This document shows positions 51,938 to 60,671 of a DNA stretch of 64,000 nucleotides, in pieces (positions within the stretch are counted from its first letter, which is position 1; the number at the start of each line of letters is the position of its first letter). The stretch is from a virus. Lineage: Duplodnaviria; Caudoviricetes. The DNA lies in IMG/VR virus record IMGVR_UViG_2834368228_000004, positions 32,001 to 96,000 of that record. One strand, 5' to 3'. The notes beneath the pieces are model-generated. The model was not told the DNA's origin and did not search any database. It saw only the letters and a program-made list of their open reading frames with translations. A program made the translations under genes and the position numbers.

Positions 51938-54900
51938 TTAAGCGCCTAGCTTGATTAGCTTCCCTACTTCTAGGTTAACAGTGCGAGTACCTTTGCCGAG
52001 GTTACAAGCATCTACTGATAACATGAACTTATCATGACCTAGTAGTGGGGAAATGTTGTTTCTTGAGTTATATGCAAAACCTACTTCAGTCTTATTAATG
52101 AATAGCTTATACTTGTCACCTACACCTTGAATAAAGATGCTTTGAGTAGATAAGCCTTCTAATACTGTGTCTAATGTAAACTTCTCTTGAATGTCATCTG
52201 GAATACATACAGCAACAGTGAAGTTATTATCAATCACTTGATTAGATACAATTTGATCTTGCTTCGGTTTATTCTCCATGTAAGAAAGAGTTTGAATGAA
52301 TGCTTCACGTGTAATCGTCCAAGGGAATGAAAGACCTGCATCTTGTTTACGATCTACATATGTTGCATAGTATGCTGCATATCCGATATCTTTAGCTGGA
52401 TACTGGCTCATTAGTTCTGCTACTCTGTCACGAGCTTGTTCAGCAATCGTACCGATGTGAGTTGAAACCATCTCATCGATTTCATTCATTTTAAGTTCAC
52501 GTTCTCCTTCTTCAAGGTTGCCACTCATAATCTTATTCTTATATTCTTCTGCTCCTCTGTATGTTTGACGAACAGCGCCACCGTAACCTGCTTTGATTTG
52601 TTTTACTTGATTCAATAGCATGTTAAAGTAGTTTGGATCTAAGTTGAATGAACTGTTCATCTTAGTAAGCAATGAGTAGCTGTTAGCATCTTGATACATA
52701 ACTTCTATTTTGTTAGTAAGCTCTTTATCTTCAAAGTCTTGTACCATTTCCATTAGTCTAGATAATACGGATCCTACATCATGTCCGTCTTTACCTTTAC
52801 GGCTTGCCAACCAGTTAGGCTTATTCCATACTCTTCTGCCTAATCCTTTATTGAAGTAAGATAGCTCTTCAGGTGGGTTAACCATGAAGTCTAATGTTTC
52901 TTTCATCACTTCTTGATAAGCACCACCGTGTTTAGCTGCATCAATTTCCCATCCTTGTACAAGGCGAAGAATGTTGATCCAGTTTTCATACTTGTTAATA
53001 CGTTGTAGCATATTATCTTTCTCTTGAGGTGATGCATCTTTAATCATATAGTCATAGCCGATACCACGAACACCATCAGCTAAGATACTAGCGATGTTTG
53101 TTGCTAATCCGATTTTGTTAGGCTTCAACGTTCTGATAACATAGTCGATACCTAGTTTATGAATCTCTTCATAAAGAGCGGTTGTTTTCTGTCTATCTGT
53201 GAAAGTAACACGATAGTTGCTTTGGCTAACAACCATGTCAACTGGTAAGCGATACACACCAGTCATTGGCTTAGAGTATGGAACACCATCTCCAAGAAAT
53301 TCTACTTCTCCATTCACATCTGTGAAAGAGATATCCATTAATGGTGGGAATACTTTACGTTGTAATGCTTCTACAACTGCTGGCTCTGTAACAGTTAATG
53401 CTGTATCACCATCGTTGTCTGCTCCACCCATTGCGAATGTAGCAAAGTCATGAACACTCATAACTAGCAAGTTACGGAATCCACCTTTACGAGAAGCTTG
53501 ATTATACACTTCAATACCACGATTACGTAGTACTTGCCACTCACCTTTAGCAATCATTGGATTACGACCAGCCGCTACATACAAAGGTGATTTATCTTTG
53601 TGTGCAGATGGGATGTAAGCTTCATTTGGTTGAATGTGATAGTCACCACGATTAGTAATCATCAGTTGACCTTCATCATTACGCACTTCATATTTTGTAC
53701 CAGCTTCTAGTACAGCATATGGATCTTGAATCATGTAGCGGTAGTGTCCTTCTACTGGAATGTTACCAGTTTTCCACTCTTGAATCTTTTCTTTCAACAC
53801 ATCTAATGCATAACGTTTCATTTGTACATCATCGTAGGACCATTCGAACATATCCAAGAAAGTAGTAAACGTGGATACACGAGATTGATCTAACAGATAG
53901 TGTTCTACTTCTGCATCAAGTAAATCGGAATCAATGACTTTATCTAATCCGACATACTTCTTCATAAGAGATGGATCATGCAATGCATTACCGATTTCAT
54001 CTAAATGTGGTTTCAATACATTCCACAAGTCATTAACATTGAGTGAAGAAGCTTGAATGAATTGATATGGCATATCAGTGTAAGACTTAACTTTACTCAT
54101 TGGCTTGTTGAACATAGCAATACGTAATTGTGGTACAAAGTTAGGGTTAGATTTGAATAGTAACTCAAAGCTACCTTTTACTGCTGACTTAAGTGCAACT
54201 ACATGTGCATCATAATAGCTGCGTAAGTTAGGAACAAAGATCATTAAGCCTTTTACAAATGGAGTAATACGAATTTGCCATGCATCATTGAACTGGCCAA
54301 ACTCCGCTCCAAGTGTATGATACATTTCTTCATCACAGAATAAAGCTCCATCAGCTGCAGTTAGTGTAATTGGATGCTCACTTGCATCGAATACTCTGAA
54401 CTCTTGACGTTCCTTATCCCAAGCACGGTACGTACCAGTGTTGATTTCAACAAAGCGGTCTTCTACCAATGCAATCGTATGAGTTCCACCAGTTAGATAT
54501 TGATCTCCAGTCTCAATATTAGTGACTACTTCGTTACCAAAGCGGACTGTCTTAGATGCAATACTGTTCGTACCAGCTAGTCCTGGACGAGTCATCATTT
54601 TGTCTACATCGATTACATAGTTGCCATCACGATCTACTTTTGCATAAGCTAAGAAATCATGTCCAAGCACACGATATGCATCGATAGGGGACATTACATT
54701 TGTATCAATGAATACTGCTTGCAATAGTCTTGCTTGTGAAGCTGAGCGTAATAAGAAGAATGCATGACTTTCATCACCATGCTCATTCATGTAATAGAAA
54801 CCTTCTTTCATAACTTTCGTACGAAGCTCTACTAATTCATGATCTTCTTCAGTGTAATCCATTTCATCCTCTGGAAGCTCAATGTACAAGTCTGCAAAGA

Positions 54901-55474
54901 AGATGTGACGCATTGGCAGCATAACACGTTGTTTAATCAATTGACCATCCTTCGTGAATTCAATTACTTCAGAAGCGGATGCAAAGCTTTCACTTAGGAA
55001 TGACTCACTGATCTCTTTGTAAGAATCAACATTCACTTCAGTATAATCAATTGTAGAATATACTTTATCTTCACGTAGCTCCATGCTATTTATCTTAGCA
55101 ATAGGAACAAGAACACCTTTACGTGTTGGTGCATATACACGATTAGCTAGTTTGTGTGAACTAACAAACTCTTTGAAGTAGCGAAACTGATTAGATGGTA
55201 CATCAGCAATAGATGGATCTTTAAGAATATCAAGTAGTACATTACCTTTTGACATAGCATTTAATACACGAGCAAAGTTCTTAGAGTTACGTGACTTGAA
55301 TCCTTCAGCAACAGAAAGAGCTGCTAAGATATCTTGTACAGTAAATAGGTATCCATTTTCTTGTAGTAGTGAGCGATTTTCGATAGTTGTGTTCATAGTT
55401 AAAACATCTCCTTTAGTTTGGTTGTTTAATTTAGTTGATAAAGATTTCGCAGTTTGATTTTTCATAGTAATCAT
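51938..55474 (-). CDS. YonO-like single-subunit RNA polymerase (eukaryotic RdRP / double-psi beta-barrel fold)
   Basis: Ordered motifs RSASQAR, KMMTRPGLAGT, ADG, AWQIR...KG, GRNP, GGADNDGD (catalytic DxDGD), IG...N, IDAAKHG. Confidence 0.85.
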   Translation of the reverse strand: MITMKNQTAKSLSTKLNNQTKGDVLTMNTTIENRSLLQENGYLFTVQDILAALSVAEGFKSRNSKNFARVLNAMSKGNVLLDILKDPSIADVPSNQFRYFKEFVSSHKLANRVYAPTRKGVLVPIAKINSMELREDKVYSTIDYTEVNVDSYKEISESFLSESFASASEVIEFTKDGQLIKQRVMLPMRHIFFADLYIELPEDEMDYTEEDHELVELRTKVMKEGFYYMNEHGDESHAFFLLRSASQARLLQAVFIDTNVMSPIDAYRVLGHDFLAYAKVDRDGNYVIDVDKMMTRPGLAGTNSIASKTVRFGNEVVTNIETGDQYLTGGTHTIALVEDRFVEINTGTYRAWDKERQEFRVFDASEHPITLTAADGALFCDEEMYHTLGAEFGQFNDAWQIRITPFVKGLMIFVPNLRSYYDAHVVALKSAVKGSFELLFKSNPNFVPQLRIAMFNKPMSKVKSYTDMPYQFIQASSLNVNDLWNVLKPHLDEIGNALHDPSLMKKYVGLDKVIDSDLLDAEVEHYLLDQSRVSTFTTFLDMFEWSYDDVQMKRYALDVLKEKIQEWKTGNIPVEGHYRYMIQDPYAVLEAGTKYEVRNDEGQLMITNRGDYHIQPNEAYIPSAHKDKSPLYVAAGRNPMIAKGEWQVLRNRGIEVYNQASRKGGFRNLLVMSVHDFATFAMGGADNDGDTALTVTEPAVVEALQRKVFPPLMDISFTDVNGEVEFLGDGVPYSKPMTGVYRLPVDMVVSQSNYRVTFTDRQKTTALYEEIHKLGIDYVIRTLKPNKIGLATNIASILADGVRGIGYDYMIKDASPQEKDNMLQRINKYENWINILRLVQGWEIDAAKHGGAYQEVMKETLDFMVNPPEELSYFNKGLGRRVWNKPNWLASRKGKDGHDVGSVLSRLMEMVQDFEDKELTNKIEVMYQDANSYSLLTKMNSSFNLDPNYFNMLLNQVKQIKAGYGGAVRQTYRGAEEYKNKIMSGNLEEGERELKMNEIDEMVSTHIGTIAEQARDRVAELMSQYPAKDIGYAAYYATYVDRKQDAGLSFPWTITREAFIQTLSYMENKPKQDQIVSNQVIDNNFTVAVCIPDDIQEKFTLDTVLEGLSTQSIFIQGVGDKYKLFINKTEVGFAYNSRNNISPLLGHDKFMLSVDACNLGKGTRTVNLEVGKLIKLGA

Positions 55475-55492
55475 TTCTCCTTTTATTAGCTA

Positions 55493-55930
55493 TTAGTTGT
55501 ATAGGCCTAAGATATCGGCTACAATATCTCTTGTGAGATTCTCTTCGATCAGGAAGCAAATCTCTGAACGGTCTACTAAACCGTAGACATCAAAGTGGAA
55601 GACCAACACAGGTCTTGGAAACTTATGGTGAGCGTTGCCATATCGTCTCAAAACATGTATGGTAACGCCCTCCAACATATACTTCTTAACATACTTCACA
55701 TAATTCTTGGAGTCAGACAAGGTGACGTCAACAGGGACATCACCAATGAAACAGTCTGTTCCATAATAAAAATCTTCTTCCTCTGTAGAAGGACGATACT
55801 CTTCATAGAAGAGGTCCTCAAATAGATCCAATACGTATGCTTCTACATATTCACCATGACTCATATTGCTACGATAAGACGTACTCATTTCTGCTTCTCC
55901 TCTCTTAGAACTGGATAAGTGATTAAGCAT
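55493..55930 (-). CDS. hypothetical protein, possible PD-(D/E)XK fold
   Basis: E...GTDCFIGDVPVDVT. Confidence 0.6.
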   Translation of the reverse strand: MLNHLSSSKRGEAEMSTSYRSNMSHGEYVEAYVLDLFEDLFYEEYRPSTEEEDFYYGTDCFIGDVPVDVTLSDSKNYVKYVKKYMLEGVTIHVLRRYGNAHHKFPRPVLVFHFDVYGLVDRSEICFLIEENLTRDIVADILGLYN

Positions 55931-56088
55931 TCGATTACATTACTTCTAACCGAATAAACCCCATATCTTGCACGATGTTTCTTGTCATATCCGATAAAGA
56001 TTGAATATAGATAACCAAAGTCATCGTCATAACCTAAATACTCGCCATTTGTTACTAGTCTTCTAAATGAAACTCTCATAGTTAACAC
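55885..56088 (-). CDS. hypothetical protein
   Basis: Small ORF with AGGAG RBS. Confidence 0.55.
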   Translation of the reverse strand: MLTMRVSFRRLVTNGEYLGYDDDFGYLYSIFIGYDKKHRARYGVYSVRSNVIECLITYPVLREEKQK

Positions 56089-56319
56089 TCCTTTTGTTTG
56101 TTTTTAAGTTGATTAAAGTAATACATTTCAAACAGGCATAAGCCTCTCATAGACAGCGAGCGGTCACTCTAAGAGAACCATCTATGGCATCTGTTTAACC
56201 CAATACAGTGGGATGTTCACATGCTTCAACGTGCTGAGTGGTCTAAGACCCATGCCTATCTTCGACCACTACATAGATAGGGTGAGGGGATGTTCCTGAA
56301 GCAACGACAACATAGCTAG

Positions 56320-56805
56320 TTAAGCTATCAATGAATAAGCGAATACATCAAACACTTCACTAAGCCCTACAAAGCCTTCATGCATAACTGTTGATATGAA
56401 GTAGATAGGTGCTATAGCAAGCAAGATACCTGTTGATGATAAGAGACCAACACTTAAATGTTTGAATGCTGTTGCAACCATATCTCTACCAGTAGCTAGA
56501 TGCTTGTATCTGTTGTAGTAGGAGATCATCTTTACTCCTGCATAGAATGTTGCACTAACAGGTATAAACAAGGCTCCTTGTGTGACAAGGCCTGCTGCAA
56601 ATGAAGTTGTTGTCACTAGAGCAGCTGATTTCCAATGCTTAGCCGACAGTTCCTTCACGTTCTTGTAAGCTGAGCCTAGCCCTCGCTTTACAGAAGTGAC
56701 AGCTTTAGATGCCTTAAACTTACTCCAACCTTTCTTCACACTCTCTAAAACATCAGCAAATACATTACCTTTCATGTCTTCTTTCGCTTGTACTGTGATA
56801 ATCAT
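56320..56805 (-). CDS. membrane protein
   Basis: Several hydrophobic segments; AAAGGA RBS. Confidence 0.7.
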   Translation of the reverse strand: MIITVQAKEDMKGNVFADVLESVKKGWSKFKASKAVTSVKRGLGSAYKNVKELSAKHWKSAALVTTTSFAAGLVTQGALFIPVSATFYAGVKMISYYNRYKHLATGRDMVATAFKHLSVGLLSSTGILLAIAPIYFISTVMHEGFVGLSEVFDVFAYSLIA

Positions 56806-56853
56806 GGTAAATCCTTTCTATATGCTCGGTTTTATGTCATGAGCTGGACTAGT

Positions 56854-56922
56854 TTGACTTGTCTTATCAATGCAGGGATAGTCAATCACCTACAGACACC
56901 CCTCCTCTAGGGTGTTTCGACA
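56854..56922 (-). ncRNA. type II hammerhead ribozyme, U3-A8 core variant, with pseudoknot
   Basis: TGTC-GAAA-CACCC..GGGTG-TC^TGTAGG..CCTGCA-TTGATAA-GACA; loop TTGACT pairs with downstream AGTCAA. Confidence 0.85.
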
Positions 56923-57099
56923 TTAAAGGGATATGATTGTGTATCCTTCAGCATCTACTCCAAGATTTACTTCTGCTTTCTTAACCGCATTAATAATCAA
57001 GTGCTGATTGTATCCTCGTTTCATTAAGTCTCCGAAACGAATAACCTTTCCTTGTCCTTTGATTTGCTTGAATAGAGTTACCAGTGTGTTTGTTTGCAT
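56923..57099 (-). CDS. 58-aa hypothetical protein, first gene of the leftward arm; not in the ORF track
   Basis: AAAGGA RBS; MQTNTLVTLFKQIKGQGKVIRFGDLMKRGY. Confidence 0.6.
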   Translation of the reverse strand: MQTNTLVTLFKQIKGQGKVIRFGDLMKRGYNQHLIINAVKKAEVNLGVDAEGYTIISL

Positions 57100-57299
57100 T
57101 CTTCATCATCCTTTTCAATTAGTAGTAGGGGGTGGGGGCGACAAACGCCTATTAGAAAACCCTATTAAAAAAGGTGCTACCCTACGCAATTTTTTTATAA
57201 AAAATGTCCCATATAGGGATTTCCCCATGTTTGTGGGATGACAATTGAGAAAGTTTGTTATACACTGTTTGTAATGCATTACATAAAAGGAGGTAAGTT

Positions 57300-57671
57300 A
57301 TGAGTAGATTAAAGCTTGTGGATTTAGAGTCGGAGTCTGTCGAATATAAGGAATTAAAAAATAAAAAAATATATAGGCCAACTGCCATACCTTATGTGTA
57401 CTTTAATTACTGTTGTGAGAATAAAGGTGACTTCACACTATTGAAATATGACCCTATCTTTGGAACTGATGTCATCATTTCGAAGTCATTAGGTTTTATA
57501 AAGATTCCATATAAACTGTTGGAGAAATTAAAAGCCTGGTATAACAGAAAGCTTATGTATATCGCAATTAACCTTCACAACAAGCGAAAGATTGATTTAC
57601 CTGAAGGAGTTAGGTTGAGCTTATTAGATGTATGGAACCTTAGGAAAGAAAAGAAAAAAGGAGTGAAGTAA
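57300..57671 (+). CDS. hypothetical protein
   Basis: AAAGGAGG RBS; perfect operator at 57270-57283 upstream. Confidence 0.7.
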   Translation: MSRLKLVDLESESVEYKELKNKKIYRPTAIPYVYFNYCCENKGDFTLLKYDPIFGTDVIISKSLGFIKIPYKLLEKLKAWYNRKLMYIAINLHNKRKIDLPEGVRLSLLDVWNLRKEKKKGVK

Positions 57672-57674
57672 ACG

Positions 57675-58031
57675 ATGAGAATAACAAATGAGGAAATTGC
57701 AAATCTATGTCACAGCATAAACAAAGCATACTGTGAAAGTATTGGTGATTACTCCCAACCTTCGTGGGAAGATGCCCCTGGATGGCAGAAGAAAAGCGCT
57801 ATTGCAGGTGTAGAGTTCCACATGAATAATGAAGTAACTCCAGAGGATTCTCATGAAAGCTGGAGTAAACAGAAAATATTAGATGGATGGAAATTTGGAG
57901 AAGTAAAGGATCCTATTAAAAAAGAGCATCCTTGTTTAGTTCCTTACAGTGAGCTGCCACCAGAACAAAGAGTGAAAGACTACTTGTTTAAAGATGTCGT
58001 AGATACCGTGAAAGCATTAAGGGAAAATTAA
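57675..58031 (+). CDS. RyR-domain phage protein
   Basis: SHESW...GWKFGEVKD..KKEHPCLVPYSELPPEQRVKD. Confidence 0.85.
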   Translation: MRITNEEIANLCHSINKAYCESIGDYSQPSWEDAPGWQKKSAIAGVEFHMNNEVTPEDSHESWSKQKILDGWKFGEVKDPIKKEHPCLVPYSELPPEQRVKDYLFKDVVDTVKALREN

Positions 58032-58032
58032 T

Positions 58033-58260
58033 ATGTTAACTTTCATGATAATCTGGGTTCTTACTTCAAGTGTCTCTTGGATTTTGGCAAGAATTTCATT
58101 AAAGATAAGTAGAAGTCCAGTTACTTTCATTGATCTACTATATGTCTTAATACCATTTTTAAATATGATTTCTATAATTTTTTCGATGGTATATCTTGTC
58201 AGAAAATACATCCAGAAGAAAAATATAAAGGTGAATTGGAATAAGTTTTTTAGACTATGA
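58033..58260 (+). CDS. small membrane protein
   Basis: Two hydrophobic segments. Confidence 0.6.
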   Translation: MLTFMIIWVLTSSVSWILARISLKISRSPVTFIDLLYVLIPFLNMISIIFSMVYLVRKYIQKKNIKVNWNKFFRL

Positions 58261-58270
58261 GACTAATAGT

Positions 58271-58546
58271 GTGAAAATAAAAAAGGAGAAAAGTAAAATG
58301 CGAACACTTTATGAGATTGTTGAAGACATGCAAGCTAGTAAGATGCCAACACATGAAGAATGCTATTATGCTCTGCAAGTATATCGTTCCATGTTTAATA
58401 TAGAACATCGCAAGTATAGAGAGGAACTAACAAGAAAAGAAAGAAGCTCAAAGTGGTATCGAGAACAATCTGCTGAACTAAGCTTTGATATGTATAAAGC
58501 CGCATTATCTACATCACCAAAGGAATGGATGGGGGAGGGAAAATAA
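58271..58546 (+). CDS. hypothetical protein
   Basis: ORF with RBS before MRTLYE. Confidence 0.6.
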   Translation: MKIKKEKSKMRTLYEIVEDMQASKMPTHEECYYALQVYRSMFNIEHRKYREELTRKERSSKWYREQSAELSFDMYKAALSTSPKEWMGEGK

Positions 58547-59082
58547 TGTTAAAACCAGCTTTACTTTTTAAAGATCAACTAGAAAGTAAATTTATCGAAA
58601 CGGCTTACGAGGAAAAATATAAATATTACGTTAGCAATAACTATGTTGATTTCGAACTAAACCTACAGCGGGATAGTTGGACTGCAATCGAATTTGTCAG
58701 TATCGACAAAGATAATAATCTATTAGGATTTCTTGGAGCAAGGATTGATAGAAATTCAAATTCTGTCAGCTCATTGAGTGTAATCAATTTCTATGATGTT
58801 AACTACACATTCTCTAAAGATTTTCGACAGTTTTTAGATGACCTTTTATTTAAATTTAACTTCAATAAAATCAAATTCAGTGTTGTAGTTGGTAATCCTG
58901 CCGAAAAGATGTATGACAAGTATGTAGAGCATTACGGTGGGAGGATAGTTGGTATTTTTAAAGAGCATGTAGTTCTTACTGACAATCATTATTATGATTG
59001 GAAAACCTATGAAGTTTTCAGAAAAGATGTATTAAATAAAAGAGATAAAAAGGGGGTGACAAACAGTGGGGTGGAAGTATGA
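58546..59082 (+). CDS. GNAT (RimJ/RimL-like) acetyltransferase-fold protein
   Basis: FNFNKIKFSVVVGNPAEKMYDK...GGRIVGIFKEH; start revised to MLKPA. Confidence 0.6.
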   Translation: MLKPALLFKDQLESKFIETAYEEKYKYYVSNNYVDFELNLQRDSWTAIEFVSIDKDNNLLGFLGARIDRNSNSVSSLSVINFYDVNYTFSKDFRQFLDDLLFKFNFNKIKFSVVVGNPAEKMYDKYVEHYGGRIVGIFKEHVVLTDNHYYDWKTYEVFRKDVLNKRDKKGVTNSGVEV

Positions 59083-59245
59083 GGTTAAATATCTAAATGG
59101 CTTAGGTGTGAAAGATTTATACACAAATAACTGGTTCGAGTTTATAAAGACTCGAATTGCTAAGAAGGTTATATATTATAAAGTGTACAAATGAAGCTTA
59201 CGGTAGAACAAGTTTTGGTTAGAAGATAGTTAAAGGAGTGATTCT

Positions 59246-59713
59246 ATGACACAAGAAAAAATTGAAAAAAGTAAACAGGATACATTGAAACACATCGACG
59301 AAGTGCGAAATGCAATACAGGCTGCCATTAAAGAATTAGAATGTCGAGCAAAGTATCATGATCAATCAAAGTTAGAAGAACCTGAGCTCTCTATCTTTGC
59401 AGAATATGGTCCCAGGTTGAAAGAAACAACCTACGGTTCAGATGAATATAAAAATAATTTAAAAGAAATGAATAAAGCCTTGCAGCATCACTATGAAAAT
59501 AACACACATCATCCAGAGTATTATGAAAACGGAGTAAGTGGAATGGACATCTTCGATGTCATTGAAATGCTTTGTGATTGGGTTGCAGCATGCAAGAGAC
59601 ATGATGACGGTGACGTTATGAGAAGCCTAGAGATTAATAAAAATAGATTTAACTTAGATAACCAGCTGTATCAAATATTCAAAAATACATTTGAAAGAAA
59701 TATCTTAGAATAA
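59246..59713 (+). CDS. DUF5662 / HD-like protein
   Basis: HDQSK, HHYENNTHHPEY, EMLCDW. Confidence 0.8.
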   Translation: MTQEKIEKSKQDTLKHIDEVRNAIQAAIKELECRAKYHDQSKLEEPELSIFAEYGPRLKETTYGSDEYKNNLKEMNKALQHHYENNTHHPEYYENGVSGMDIFDVIEMLCDWVAACKRHDDGDVMRSLEINKNRFNLDNQLYQIFKNTFERNILE

Positions 59714-59727
59714 GGGAGATTATTAAC

Positions 59728-60258
59728 ATGAAGAATATATGGTTAAAAATTAAAAGCTTTTTTAAGAAGAAAAAAGAAGTTGAGATTCATCCGAGGTGGC
59801 ATAGATTCCATGAGCTAGATGCAGACCGTATTTATATACTAGCAGATAGAGCCACAGGTAAAACATTTAATATGTTTTATCATTTATTAGAGAGTGATAA
59901 CGAAACTGCTTTATGGGTATGTCATTCCTATTTTAATTTAGATTATCTAATAAAGATAATAAGTGAAGAGTTCGATTTAAAACTTGAAAGATCTGGAACA
60001 ATATTCAATATAAAGTATAAAGGTAAAGAGAAAAAGGTTTATTTCATATCTTCAAAAGGATTTGTAAATACAAAAGGTTTACGTGTGGATGCAGTGTATG
60101 TAGACGATGCCAAATTAAATATGAGTCTCATTAATGCCCTTACACCTGTTTCAAACAAATTAATCATTACAGATGATAGAGAATTTAACTTTATTGATTC
60201 AAAAGAATCTGTAGATTTCTTGTTTAATACAATGGATGCCCATCTCATAATTAAATAA
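59728..60258 (+). CDS. short P-loop ATPase-like protein (terminase-ATPase-like fragment)
   Basis: RATGKT and GLRVDAVYVDDA. Confidence 0.5.
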   Translation: MKNIWLKIKSFFKKKKEVEIHPRWHRFHELDADRIYILADRATGKTFNMFYHLLESDNETALWVCHSYFNLDYLIKIISEEFDLKLERSGTIFNIKYKGKEKKVYFISSKGFVNTKGLRVDAVYVDDAKLNMSLINALTPVSNKLIITDDREFNFIDSKESVDFLFNTMDAHLIIK

Positions 60259-60414
60259 TAATAAATTTAAAAAAGTTTACAAAAGCACTTGTAATGCATT
60301 ACATTTTGATGTAATATGTATTTAAGGTATGATTGATGAGTTTTCAGTTTTCCAACTCCTTTCGAATTTGTGATTATCATTAGACATGTATCCCCCATAC
60401 ATGTCTAAAAAAAT

Positions 60415-60486
60415 TGGGATATAGCTCAGCGGTAGAGCAATCGGCTGTTAACCGATAGGTCGTAGGTTCGAAACCTACTATCCCAG
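60415..60486 (+). tRNA. tRNA-Asn(GTT), CCA not encoded
   Basis: Full cloverleaf; ATCGG-CTGTTAA-CCGAT. Confidence 0.93.
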
Positions 60487-60492
60487 TAATAT

Positions 60493-60572
60493 GTTCCCTA
60501 CTAGATGGTAGTTGACTCCATAGCGAGTGTACAGTAACTATGGACGAGGAGGTTCGATTCCAACAGGGAGCG
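60493..60572 (+). ncRNA. aberrant tRNA-like RNA
   Basis: Acceptor GTTCCCT/AGGGAGC, GGTTCGATTCC T loop, anticodon-position stem CCATAG/CTATGG with a 14-nt loop. Confidence 0.6.
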
Positions 60573-60578
60573 GCATAA

Positions 60579-60653
60579 TGCGGTGTAGCTCAGTTTGTGT
60601 AGAGCGCTTGGTTTGGGTCCAAGAGGTCGCAGGTTCAAGTCCTGTCACTGCAA
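60579..60653 (+). tRNA. tRNA-Pro(TGG), CCA not encoded
   Basis: Cloverleaf; CTTGG-TTTGGGT-CCAAG. Confidence 0.9.
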
Positions 60654-60671
60654 TCGATAATATTAAAAGAA

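Noticed and set aside
37-55825. Plus-strand ORFs opposite long minus-strand genes (for example 2143, 8880, 18563, 22301, 27581, 53217, 55595)
   Set aside because: Antisense shadows of real genes
56642-56651. GCCGACAGTT as another mini-hairpin copy
   Set aside because: The right arm is broken and it lies inside a coding region
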